This document shows positions 1 through 12,693 of a stretch of DNA of 64,000 nucleotides, piece by piece (the first letter of the stretch is position 1; each line of letters opens with the position of its first letter). Origin of the DNA: Asterias rubens (Eukaryota); contig NC_047077.1 of assembly GCF_902459465.1 (NCBI RefSeq), positions 1,302,001 through 1,366,000 of the forward strand, in the 5' to 3' direction. A program made the translations under genes and the position numbers. The notes beneath the pieces are model-generated. The model searched no databases. It was not told where the DNA came from and saw only the letters and a list, made by a program, of their open reading frames with translations.

Positions 1-579
1 TTTTATATTATATATAGGGTTGTACAACTGTGAGAACTTTGTTTCATTATGTTTTTTTTTCTTTTGAGATATTCTCGAAACTCTGGTGCAAACAATGTCC
101 ACTCAGGAAGAATAATCCTATTAGGAATACACAATCTGAGAAGCGTTTTTAACTCGTAGGGAGAAAAAGTAATAACATGTTTCCATATAAAACTGCAGTA
201 CTTTGAAGTAAAATTACTCTGAAATGCACTACATACTATCCAAATCTGCTTTACTTCTCTTTATGCCACGTAGGTTTTCATGCAAGCATTTTATTAGTAT
301 AATACTTACATCCTGTTTTCTATACTTTCCACCCAGGTAGTAATTAAAAAGGAAAACAGTTCTTTTCGGAACTTAGCACCTCCCGAAAAATCCGATAAAT
401 CTACTCTGCGGTAGTATAATAATAGCAAGGCAGTTCTCTAAAAGAACAAACTCCATCTGGTGTGTAGCTCACACATGATGTTACAGCAAACCAAATTGAT
501 ACCTCATCACCATGCAATGCCTCAAATCATACATTTTGTTTGTTCAGTATTATATTTCCAACCAAATTGCTCATCAAGG

Positions 580-2200
580 AATATTTATTTTAGCATTTCC
601 ATAATGAGAAGAAACTACTTGACTATGACCATCAAATTCCTAACAACGTTACCACCCTTCACCCCCCCCTCTTTTTGGTCGCGAGTTTCAACGAGCTAAA
701 AACGCTGTCCCAAACAAATTTTGTCAAACCCTTCTCACCGGCTCCTGTTAATTTTAGCAGTTTTAATTACAGGGGAAGTCTAGCATCCTAGACTTTAGCC
801 GACAAAACGTGCATCGACGGGCCGAGCACAAAACAAACCATTTGCTTAGTCTCGTTATACACAAAATTTGAACTATATTTCTGGAAAGGAAGAATATTCT
901 TGAGTTAGTAACATGAGACCTTACCGTAGGCTGACGTTGCCGGTAATGGTTAAACACAGATTGACCAATGTTCACTCGATGTCATGTGTTTGTGCACGGG
1001 AAGTAGCCTATGATTTTACATTGCCCTCATTGTAATGATTTTGCTGCCAATACTTTTCAGATAAATCTCCGAAGAAGCTGCAAATCCCTATATTTACACC
1101 CTAAAATTATTTTGTTAGGAGGGGTAGCTGTCAGCTACGAGTCGGACAACTTCGCGATCTCCCTTATCACAGCCCGACTTCACGCCGCACACAGCGCAAA
1201 AACCAAGGCGTTCGGGCGCGCTCAAACCTCAGAAATTTCGGTAGTCTAACCATACTCTAAAAAAGAAACCGGTTTTGGGTATCAAACAGCTAATGTGATT
1301 TAAATCATTTTCACACAAAAACAAAGAAAAACTACTTGACTATGACCACCAAAATCCAACCGACGAGACCCGCACCCTCTAATACGGGCAAAACCGCTGT
1401 CTCAAACAATGTTGTCATAACCTTCTCATCATGCTTATTTTCGCACTTTTACTACATGGGAATCTGTCATCCTAGACTGTAGCCGGCAAAACCTTAAGCC
1501 AAGGGGTTGACAACACTACAACATGTAAGGACTGAATCTGTCTATGTCCCAGCTAGATACACTGTATAACGTAGTACAAATGAGACCGTTAAGTTGGCAT
1601 AGCGCCCTCAATTTGATCTGTTTTCCTCGATTAATTCATTGTTCTTTTCGGTCGTAGGGAGTCATAGAGTTGTAGCAGTCCTACAATCACCAATGTGATG
1701 TACACAGCGCAAACACCACGGCGCTCGGGCTCGCTCAAACCTCAGTAACTTACGTAGTATCTTACCATACTCTCAAAAAGAAAAGTGTTTTGTAGTAGAG
1801 TACTGGAAATATCAAATAGCAAATGTGATTTAAAGCATTGTCACAAAAAAACACAGAAAAATACCTGACTTTGACCACCAAAATCCAAACTACGTTACCC
1901 CCCCCCCACGCCCCTTTTTTACGGGCTAAAACGCTGTTGTCAGAACCGTCACTATATCAGTATAATGCTTATTTTAGCACTTTTATTACATGGGAATCTG
2001 GCATTCCAGACTGTTGCCGGCAAAAACTTAAACCAAGTAAGGACTAAGTCTGTCTATGTCTCAGCTAGATACCCTGTATAGCGTAGTAAAAATGAGACCG
2101 ATAAGTTGGCATAGCGCCCTCACTTTGCTCTGTTTTTCTCGATTTATTTATTGTTCTCTCCAGTCGTAGGAAGTTATAGAGTTGTAGGAGTCCTACAACG
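580..2200. repeat. Degenerate tandem repeat, ~3 copies of a 530-720 bp unit
   Basis: The marker act(a/t)tgacca(t/c)caaa recurs at ~621, ~1339 and ~1869. The block cacagcgcaaa..ggcg..cgggc..gctcaaacctcag recurs at ~1190 and ~1705, and gagaccg.taagttggcatagcgccctca at ~1582 and ~2094. A related piece lies near 3200-3250. Confidence 0.7.
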
Positions 2201-2359
2201 ACCAATTTGATGTTGATATGAAATCATATATTTGTTAATAATTTACGGTTTTTATTGTGTAGCCTACTGTTGCCAGTCCAAACAAGCTTTATAATTCATT
2301 ATTTATAGGAATTTTAACCAAGTTGACCTTGTATATGATGCTATAGGAAGCGCTGTGTA

Positions 2360-2655
2360 GCCTTGGCCAAGGCTCTGTACGCAAGCACCGGCCCGCTCTG
2401 AATTCACGAACTGCATAGATATTTACTGCACGGTACATAACATTACTTGATACCGTGGGGTCGAAGCGTGGCTTTTCGAGGTTTTTGAACCGCGTACAAC
2501 CGAACAACTCTCGTTGTACAAGGTTAAAAAAACCTCGAACAACCATGCGTCGACCCCACGGTATCAGGTACTGTTACACACCGTGCAGTGTAGTATCTAT
2601 GACGTTCGTGAGTTCAGAGCGGGCCGATGCTTGCGTGAAGAGCCTTGTTCAAGGC
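2360..2655. mobile_element. Fold-back MITE with TA target-site duplication (Tc1/mariner-type)
   Basis: The left ~140 bp is an imperfect reverse complement of the right ~140 bp around a 12-nt loop (2501-2512). It is flanked by TA at 2358-2359 and 2656-2657. Confidence 0.8.
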
Positions 2656-4574
2656 TATGCTATAGGGCAAACGCAACAAGCTGTGAACACACATTTGGTA
2701 GGCCTACAATTAGTTGCAAATGTGACAGTATTCTGTATGGACCAGTGTGATTTTCAAATAATTGTTAACGTTTTTGGGATGCATGTCCAGACCACATAAC
2801 AATCGCCAAGTTCCTAACGCCAAATTAATATAACTTTTTAATATAACACAAATGTTGTAATAACCACATAATGAAGTGTTTTCCACCAAAGTGGTGGGGG
2901 GGGGGCTAGGGTTGCATAGCTCCGCAGTTAGCGGAATCTTGAAATTAGACCATGTATTTTATATCCATCGCTAAGCTTGTTCCATGAATTAACAACCCTG
3001 GCTTACAATCTAAAATGTATCATTTCGTTCTTGTAATTTTGTAAGTTTTCAAAAAGTCCGGATTGAGATACGTATCATCTTGAGGCGACTAAGTTTCCCA
3101 TCAGACATACAGACCTTCCAGGCTCACGGTCAAGGAAATACTGTCGCTTCTTGAGATTCTCGGGGCAGAAAATCTAAGATGTCTTGACTAGATAGTCGTA
3201 CTTTTTGGGGACCGTTAAACTGACATAGCTCCCTCACCGGGCTAAGTCATTATCCATTGTTCTTGTCGGGGCTTTTTGTTCAAGAAGTTGATGGAGTCCC
3301 ATGAGGTCCAATGTGATTTTGACTTTAAATTAAATCTCATTCCAAGGAAAATCCTTAGCTTGGCATTCATTTTTTTTCCCTCTCAGCCTCGATATGAAGG
3401 TGCTAAGACAGAGTGCAAAGATTGTTTGTTATCAGAAGTAAACGAAAAAGTGGGAAATTTTCTGTAATGTGAAATGGAATATACGCCGACTGTATGATGC
3501 GTGTGTGTACTTCTGAAGGATTTTAACTTGTGGTTGAAAAACTTATTGCTCACGCCTTAGAAGAAAACAAAACAAATCAAAGTTTCCAATAATTTTGCTC
3601 ATCGGCAACTTAATACTGGGCGACCCTTCATACTCTTTTCATTTTACCAAGGTGTAAACTCATGTGGTAGGCCAATTATTTTGATGTTCTTCTGTAAGGT
3701 GATGTTCCCTGGATAAACCTTTCTTGATTTTCCCTCTTGCTAGGTTGCAATACATCAAATATTCTTACTAGATCACTCATTTACAGAGTGTAAAACAATT
3801 CAAATTTAAGGTTAAATTTGGCGATTTTACTGCTAGTATTACTTCAAAAACATAGCAATCGGATAGTTAAAAACTACAAGTGCCACAATTTCGTTTGTTT
3901 CTCTACTCTGAAACCAATTGTAATCAAACCGAGGCAGAAAGGGAAATTGGTCTGGTCCCTTAGTTGTAACTTCAAAATCCGTATATGTTATTGTTATTGC
4001 AGTCTGGATCACGGGGCGACAAAGAAAGGTGGAAGGTGCTTCGATTATGGCTCAGTGGAGATTGGTTGCTGTTGATACTTATCATGTGGTAAGTCAAACA
4101 AGATTTTTTATTTTACAATATGAAAGCCCAAAATAATTTTATATCTAGTCAACTGCTGAATGGTTTGGAAAACAACTGCGTGGCGTGTTTTTTCCTTAGT
4201 GACAATCAAGTGCGTTTAGGGACTGAGACAAATTAGTAACCGTAAGGCTATGTATAGACTTTAGTATCCCCCTTTGAATCTTATTATTCTATGCAATGAA
4301 AGTTATATAATACTCGAATGGATGTTTCAGTTTGCATTGTTCTGATGTAGCAGTCAGTCTGTACTATTCTGAAATCGTACAGCAAGCTATTGGGTTAGCC
4401 CGGTATGCTTGCGTTCATCGTGAACAGCATCCAGTGCCAATTATATTTTAACAATGGTCTGTCTGCCAATAGTGCCAGCTCTACATTTCTTCCAATATAG
4501 TGTCAACCACTGCTTGTACCAGAAAGGGTTCTTAGGCTGGCTCGGGTGTTTTGACCCTTAACCTCAAAAGAGCA

Positions 4575-7500
4575 AATAAGTGTATCCAAACTTATATGGA
4601 AGGAATAATGCCTGCCCCCCTCCTTTTTCGTTCATTAAAAAACATTAGTTTAAAACAATGCTTAAAAGCTTTAATTACGTTTCAATATATTTTGTTGTCG
4701 TAGCAATTTCTGCGTTAAAAAAATGTATCCAAACCTAAATGAAAGGGATATGACCAGGCCCTTTTTTGGTTCAGTATTTGACACTTGCATTTGCTGCGAG
4801 GGACCGTGTTCACATAGGGACCGTTACAACTTTTTTGTGGATATGATTAAAGGTTGCCCGAACTTAGCATTGTACTGGTCTGGTCTGTTATATAACACTA
4901 CAAAGGTTGGTTTCAGTTGGCGTGGTTTTTGAACAATGGTGTGGTTGCCAGTTCCTTTGTAACTAGTGTTTGCTTCCTATAGATATGTAGATCACTGCCT
5001 GTAGTACGAAAAGGCACTTTGGCAGGCTTGGATATAATAACACAGAAAAGGAAGAAACCAATGTCCACTGATAAACTCTTTGAAAATTAATTGAAGATGA
5101 AATATTGAAATGTTATCATAAGCCTTTTTTGTGTGCAAAATTCACATATAAATTGTAATAAATTTTAAAAGCTTGAATTTAGTTTTGGAAATGAGTGTAA
5201 CCAAACTTATATGGAAGAAAAAGTGCCTGCCCCTTTTTTTGTTCATGGAAACAAAAATTAATTTAAAACAATGCTTTTTTTGTTCAGTATTTGACACTTT
5301 CATTTGCTTCGAGGGACCGTGTTCACATAGGGACCGTACCAAATTTTTTGTGGATATGATTAAAGGTTGCCTGAACTTAGCATTGTACTGGTCTGGTCTG
5401 TTATATAACACTACAAAGGTTGGTTTCAGTTGGCATGGTTTTTGAACAATGGTGTGCTTGCCAGTTCCTTTGTAACTAGTCTTTGCTTCCTATAGATATG
5501 TAGATCACTGCCAGTAGCACGAAAAGGCACTTTGGCAGGCTTGGATATATATAATAACAAAGAAAAAGGAAGATACCAATGTCCACTGATAAACTTTTTG
5601 AAAATTAATTGCAGATTAAATATTGAATTGTACTCATGAGCCCTTTTTTTTGCAAAATTCACATATAAATTAAAACAAATCTTAAAAGCTTGAATTTAGT
5701 TTTGGAAATAAGTGTATCTAAACTTATATGGGAGAAAAAGTGCCTGCGTCTATTTTTGTTCATAAAAACAAAAAATAATTTAAAACCTTGAATTACGTTT
5801 AAATGTAATTTGTTGTCATAGTATTTTTCTGGCGTGAAATAAATGCATCTAAACCTAGGAAAGGGATATTGCCTGGCCCTTTTTGATCAGTACTTGACAA
5901 TTTGATTTGCTTCGAGGGACCGTGTTCACAAAGGGACCGTAACAAACTTTTTGTGGATATGATTAAAGGTTGCCTGAACTTAGCATTGTACTGGTCTGGT
6001 CCGTTATATAACACTACAAAGGTTGGTTTCAGTTGGCGTGGTTTTTGAACAAAGGTGTGGTTGCCAGTTCCTTTGTAACTAGTCGTTGCTTCCTGTAGAT
6101 ATGTAGATCACTGCCAGTATTACGAAAAGGCACTTTGGCAGGCTTGGATATAGATATATAATAACACAGGAAAAGGAAGATACCAATATCCTCTGATAAA
6201 CTCTTTGAAAATTAATTGCAGATTAAATATTGAAATGTTATCATGAGCCTCTTTTGTGTGCAAAATTCACATATAAATTAAAACAAATCTTAAAAGCTTG
6301 AATTTAGTTTTGGAAATAAGTGTATCCAAACTTGTATGGAAGGAAAAGTTCCTGCCTCTTTTTTTGTTCATGAAAACAAAAATTAACTTAAAACCTTGAA
6401 TTACGTTTACATATAATTTGTTGTCATAGTATTTTCCTGGCGTGAAATAAATGCATCTAAACCTAGGAAAAGGATATTGCCTGGCCCTTTTTGATCAGTT
6501 CATGACAATTTCATTTGTTTCGAGGGACCGTGTTCACATAGGGACCGTAACAAACTTTTTGTGGCTATGATTAAAGGTTGCCTGAACTTAGCATTGTACT
6601 GGTCTGGTCTGTTATATAACACTACAAAGGTTGGTTACAGTTGGCGTGGTTTTTGAACAATGGTGTGGTTGCCAGTTCCTTTGTAACTAGTCTTTGCTTT
6701 CTATAGATATGTAGATCACTGCCAGTAGTACGAAAAGGCACTTTGGCAGGCTTGGATATAATAACACAGAAAAAGGAAGATACAAATGTCCACTGATAAA
6801 CTCTTTGACAATTAATTGCAGATTAAATATTGAATTGTACTCATGAGCCTTTTTGTGCAAAATTCACATGTAAATTAAAACAAATCTTAAAAGCTTGAAT
6901 TTAGTTTTGGAATTAAGTGTATCCAAACTTATAGGGAAGGAAAAGTGCCTGCCTCTATTTTTTGTTCATGAAAACAAAACTTAATTTAAAACAATGTTTA
7001 AAAGCTTGAATTACGTTAAATATAATTTGTTTTCATAGTATTTTCCTGGCGTGAAATAAATGCATCTAAACCTATGAAAGGGATATTGCCTGGCCATATT
7101 TTGTTCAGTATTTTACACTTTCATTTGCTTCGAGGGACCGTGTTCACATAGGGACCGTAACAAACTTTTTGTGGCTATGATTAAAGGTTGCCTGAACTTA
7201 GCATTGTACTGGTCTGGTCTGTTATATAACACTACAAAGGTTGGTTACAGTTGGCGTGGTTTTTGAACAATGGTGTGGTTGCCAGTTCCTTTGTAACTAG
7301 TCTTTGCTTTCTATAGATATGTAGATCACTGCCAGTAGTACGAAAAGGCACTTTGGCAGGCTTGGATATAATAACACAGAAAAAGGAAGATACAAATGTC
7401 CACTGATAAACTCTTTGACAATTAATTGCAGATTAAATATTGAATTGTACTCATGAGCCTTTTTGTGCAAAATTCACATGTAAATTAAAACAAATCTTAA

Positions 7501-8545
7501 AAGCTTGAATTTAGTTTTGGAATTAAGTGTATCCAAACTTATAGGGAAGGAAAAGTGCCTGCCTCTATTTTTTGTTCATGAAAACAAAACTTAATTTAAA
7601 ACAATGTTTAAAAGCTTGAATTACGTTAAATATAATTTGTTTTCATAGTATTTTCCTGGCGTGAAATAAATGCATCTAAACCTATGAAAGGGATATTGCC
7701 TGGCCATATTTTGTTCAGTATTTTACACTTTCATTTGCTTCGAGGGACCGTGTTCACATAGGGACCGTAACAACTTTTTTGTGGATATGATTAAAGGTTG
7801 TCTGAACTTAGCATTGTACTGGTCTGGTCTGTTATATAACACTACAAAGGTTGGTTTCAGTTGGCATGGTTTTTGAACAATGGTGTGGTTGCCAGTTCCT
7901 TTGTAACTAGTCTTTGCTTCCTATAGATATGTAGATCACTGCCAGTAGTACGAAAAGGCACTTTGGCAGGCTTGGATATAATAACACAGAAAAAGAAGAC
8001 ACCAGTTTCCACTGATGAAATCTTTTAAAGTTATTTCATAATAAACATTGAATTGTTCTCTCAAGCTTGTTTTTTTTTCCTAATAAGTAACTTATAAATT
8101 AAAACAGTTCTTAAAAGCTTGAATTTAATTTTGGAATATATTTTGTTGTCTTGTTTTGTTTGTTCTCCCATGAAATAGGTGATTTCTTAACTTTTATGGA
8201 AGGAATAATGCCTGCCCCCCCCCTTTTTCGTTCATAAAAAAAACATTAGTTTAAAACAATGCTTAAAAGCTTTAATTACGTTTCAATATATTTTGTTGTC
8301 GTAGTAATTTTTTGCGTTGAAATAAACGTATCAAAACCTATAAGAAAGGGATATTGCCTGCCCTTTTCTTGTTAAGTATTCGACACTTGCATTTGCTACC
8401 GTGTTCACATAGGGACTGTACCAAACTTTGTTGGATATGATTAAATGTTGCCTGAACTTAGCATTGTACTGGTCTGGTCTGTTGTATAACACTACAAAGG
8501 TTGGTTTCAGTTGGCGTGGTTTTTAAACCAGTGTGGTTGCCAGTT
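4575..8545. repeat. Tandem satellite, ~7 units of ~510-650 bp
   Basis: The marker cgagggaccgtgttcaca occurs at ~4798, 5310, 5913, 6521, 7131 and 7742, with a degenerate copy at ~8395. Two adjacent units are near-identical at a 610-bp offset. Confidence 0.92.
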
Positions 8546-9253
8546 CCTTGTAGTCACCACCCCCCCCCCCCAAAAAAAAACCTAGTGATGGTGGCGGGAA
8601 CTCACCACACAAAATAAACTCCCATATATCAACCAACGATATTCAAAAATATTCAACCAATATTTAAAGTCTCCCAGCCTTTTGAAAACATTATTTTCCG
8701 ACAAGTAAACTATAATTTTCCCGTTTTTAATGTTTGCTAATAATTATTCCCCTGAAGAAAAAGCCCAGAAAAATTTGAAGTCTAAATAACAAAAATTATT
8801 CAGTCTCCTCAAAAGTTGAAGCACAGAACTTCTTCAGGTTTGGATTAGATTGTTGTAAATCATGACCCCAAAACGTTATTATTCAAAAGAAACTCTTGTT
8901 TGTTTTAGTTTGGTGCTCCCCTGGACAGCGAATCCAGGCAATTTCAGTATACCTCCCTCTAGTGGCACAGCAAGGCTGTGGGCAGAGGACCAGTCTACTG
9001 TCAGATGTGGTACCCTGCCCCTCTTGTCTAGCTTGTTAACATTACACTACTACTCAATGGTCATGTACAACTCCTATATGTACATGTACATGTATATGTA
9101 CTTGTGCGCAAACAGAAACAGACGGCACAAATGACTCCAAAACACGACACTGTTTTTATGAGTTTTGACGCTGAGTTGAGAGACTGACATTCAACAAAGT
9201 AACAGGTAAATTGACACTACAAAAATGGTAATGTACATTTACTTTTGGATAAC

Positions 9254-9374
9254 TTTCCGTATGGCGCCACCACTTTTTCACTCATTTTTACAAAAAGGGA
9301 TATCTCATTATTGAGGTAAATTAGATACTATATTATTTCATATCGAATGAAAAAGTGGTGGCGCCATACGGAAA
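9254..9374. mobile_element. Small MITE with 27-bp perfect terminal inverted repeats
   Basis: tttccgtatggcgccaccactttttca (9254-9280) and its reverse complement (9348-9374). No TSD could be resolved. Confidence 0.75.
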
Positions 9375-10003
9375 CTTTTCCTTACTTTTATTTGTACGTA
9401 ATTCCCTATTCCGTGCCTTCTCCTTCTTGTTACAGTTTAGTTTTTAGTTAGCTGTTTAGTTGGAAGTTGGACTACCGACCAACTGTTGCATAACGCGTCG
9501 GCAGCAGGGTATCTATCTAGCCCTGTTCCAGTACTTACTGCATACATGTACTAATCTGTATAGCAGATAATGGCCTGGTATTTTTGTATAGGCTAGGAGT
9601 GTAGAACGCCACTGCCATTGCACTGATGTTCTAGGAATAAATACTCTCTACAATGTGAACACCATTTACCGTAATTTGTTTATGTTTGTACCTGCTTGAG
9701 AAGGTTAAAATTCTGTATAGACATCTTCAGAAAAATTCTACGACCTTGCCACCAATTTTCTGCCCGTTTGTTTGTTAAGGCGGATACATTGGTGGGGATG
9801 TGTGGAAAATTGTCCGCATCTTCTTTTTGATATGGACCGATTGATAAACGGGAGGTACCTGGCATGATATCACAATTTTGACAGCCCATGCCTTTCAACT
9901 AAATTGAGGTAAAACATTTTGAGTATGGAGTGTCACCATTGTTGATGGACCGCACTACCACTTAGATAATACAGGTATATGTGGGATGTTGACAACTACT
10001 TAA

Positions 10004-10375
10004 AGCCATTGGACCCTTTCGGTAAACAATGTTGTCCAAGGCCCACACTTTGTGTACCACAACTTCTATATCAAATAACACACCTGTGAAAATTTAAGCT
10101 CAATCGGTCATCGGAGTCGGGAGAAAACAACGGAAAATCCCACCCTTGTTTCCGCGCTTTTCGCCGTGTCATGACATGTGTTTAAAATAAATCCGTAATT
10201 CTCGTTAACGAGAATTTATATTGTTTTGCTGTTTTCTCAAAAAGTGAAGCATTTCATGGAATAATATTTCAAGAGAAGTCTTTTACCATTGCCTTCTGTA
10301 AACCCTGTAAGTTATTTGTAAATCTGTGATTTTTTTTTTTTTTTTTTTTTTTTGAACCGAAAGGATCCAATGGCT
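10004..10375. mobile_element. Non-autonomous TTAA-flanked DNA transposon (Kolobok-type AG..CT termini), family A
   Basis: TTAA at 10000-10003 and 10376-10379. TIR AGCCATTGGACCCTTTCGGT / ACCGAAAGGATCCAATGGCT. A TTAA TSD with 5'-RR..YY-3' ends is the Kolobok signature (piggyBac ends are CC..GG). Confidence 0.8.
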
Positions 10376-12336
10376 TTAAACAGCAAAAGAAAATCAAAAT
10401 CCAATTAAAATGCTAACTTCCCTTCTGTCATTTTTTCCTTCAAAAATGTCAACAATGAGAGATATGTCAATCTAACCAATTTTTTTTGAACAATTAATAA
10501 GTTCAAACAAAATCCGATGAAAGGTTCAAATAGGGATTGTTTTATAACAACAATAGCTGCAAGACGTAGTCAACAACAATAAGAGTAATCAGTGTTTAAA
10601 ATTTTCAGCTAAACAATTTATCCTTATTCGCGATGTTTTTGCGTGATGTCCCTGAATTTTCCAAATGGCCTGTAAGTTAACCTTTGACACGAGTCGTACC
10701 CCCTCTGTTGTCCTCTTGTAGTAAGGCCCCCTGCAATTTGTTCACGGATGAGAGCGGTGGTTACAGGAATGATAGCGCCCTCTAGCAGTTACAAGGTTTT
10801 TTTCATTATTGTTTGTAATTCAAGCATCTAGGAAGCAACTAGGCTTAAAGGATTCAGTTACTTTTTGTATCTTTTTGTACACCACATGTACATACATACA
10901 TCGTGTATATGTGCACGGTACCAGCACTGCTCAGACTGTATAGAAGGTACGCCTTCTACACTGTACTATGTTTCGTTCAATAAAAACGTCAGGGCACATT
11001 TCACGAAGAAAACTTCACAAGATGGCAAGAGGCAAGTTACAGGGGAAACACGTTTGAGGTTTTTATTTCTCGAAATTCTGGCTCAAAACAATTACAAACT
11101 GCATTTAAAATGACAAAACACGAAAAACATGACATTTTAGTCTTGCAATGTGATCAATATAGCAGAACTTTTAATTTTTTACTAAATTTAGGGGGAAATT
11201 TTGTGGTGGGCGGCAGTCTATTTTTCAGCTGAAGTGCCGGGCGAAAATTGTCAGTGTTGGACGGGCCCGCCCACCGCTGCCCACCGTGGCTACAACGCTG
11301 GTTAATAGTATAAAACATTTTGAGAAACGGCTCCCTCTGATGCCTCTGAAGTAGCGTACTGTAGTTGTTTAAGAAAACAAAGGAAATTCTCACTAAAATA
11401 TTTGAATCAAATTTGAGACCTGAGCAGCTGAGTTCTCGAATTCAAGCATCTGAAAGCACACAACTTGTGCGACAAGGGTGCTTTCTACCATCTCTCACAA
11501 CTTTCATGACAAATTGAGTTCAAATTTTCACGGGTTTGTTATTTTATACATAATTATGTTAGATACACAAAATGAGAAGACTGGTCTTTGACAGTCCAGT
11601 GCCTTTAAGAATGAAAAACATGTAGGTGTCAGTACAGGGCAATGTATAAGCACTAGAGCTACTTACTGTTATAGTCAAAGATCAGACAAACAACCATTTA
11701 TAATGATCAATGGCCAGATAATCAATTTGTCGGAGTACGGCTGCTGATGATTAAACTGGACTTTATATCAAAAACAGTTTGAAGTACATCTAGGTCTGTT
11801 ATCAGGTACTGTACATACATGAAGTACAGTGAATGATGGTAAATAGCTGTACTCTTTGAAATGCTGACATAGTCAGATTTGTTTCTGCATTTTGCAATAC
11901 TTTGACATATGCGAGCAAATTGAGGTTTGTTTTGGTTTTTTTGGGGTTGGGGGGGGGGTGGGTGTGGGAGGGACACGCATAAATTTGAAAAAACCTCAAA
12001 AGGCTAGCACTGAAAGAGTCAAATAAACAAAACTTTAGAAGTTATAAATTCACTAACAATATGACAATGATTTCGATAAAAACTTCATAGTATGTTTATT
12101 TGTTTTATTGTAATCTTAAAACAATTTAATAAAGAAAAAACAGTAATTACTCGCTAAAGTATATGTCACTCCACTACCATAAACCATGAAATTTACTAAA
12201 TAATAAAATAAGAAAAGAAGACCCATGCATTTATAAATTTAACTTTACATTTGACATTAAACTAAAAAAGACTTTGAAAAATCCAAAGTAATAAAAACTA
12301 CAAAAATAATCACAAGGGCTACATCTGTAGACTTAA

Positions 12337-12693
12337 AGGAACTAGACACTGAGGTAAAATCAAAGACCATGATTTCCACTTGGTGATCCCAACATATGCA
12401 TGAAATAACAAATCTCGGTAATATGGACTTAATTGGTCATTGAAGTTGCACAAAAATCAATCAACAAAAAAAACCCACCCTTGTTGCACAGATGCGTGCT
12501 TTCAGATGTATGAAAAAGGCTTCAAATTTTTTAGAGAGACATAACCTCCTTCTCAAAAACTATGTTACATGTTCTTCATAAGAAGTCGTTTATCACACTG
12601 TGTTATGCTATCGACAGCTCTCCATTGCTTGTTATGAAGAAATTGTGTATGCTAATATATACTTTGAGTAATTGCCAAACTTATCCAGTGCCT
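12337..12693 (-). mobile_element. TTAA-flanked Kolobok-type MITE, family B, reverse orientation (a truncated forward copy also at ~11295-11604)
   Basis: TTAA|AGGAACTAGACAC ... ATCCAGTGCCT|TTAA. The body is homologous to the other family-B copies. Confidence 0.7.

Noticed and set aside
2890-3001. hAT-type MITE (tagggttg..caaccctg)
   Set aside because: The inverted match is only ~7 bp and there is no 8-bp TSD.
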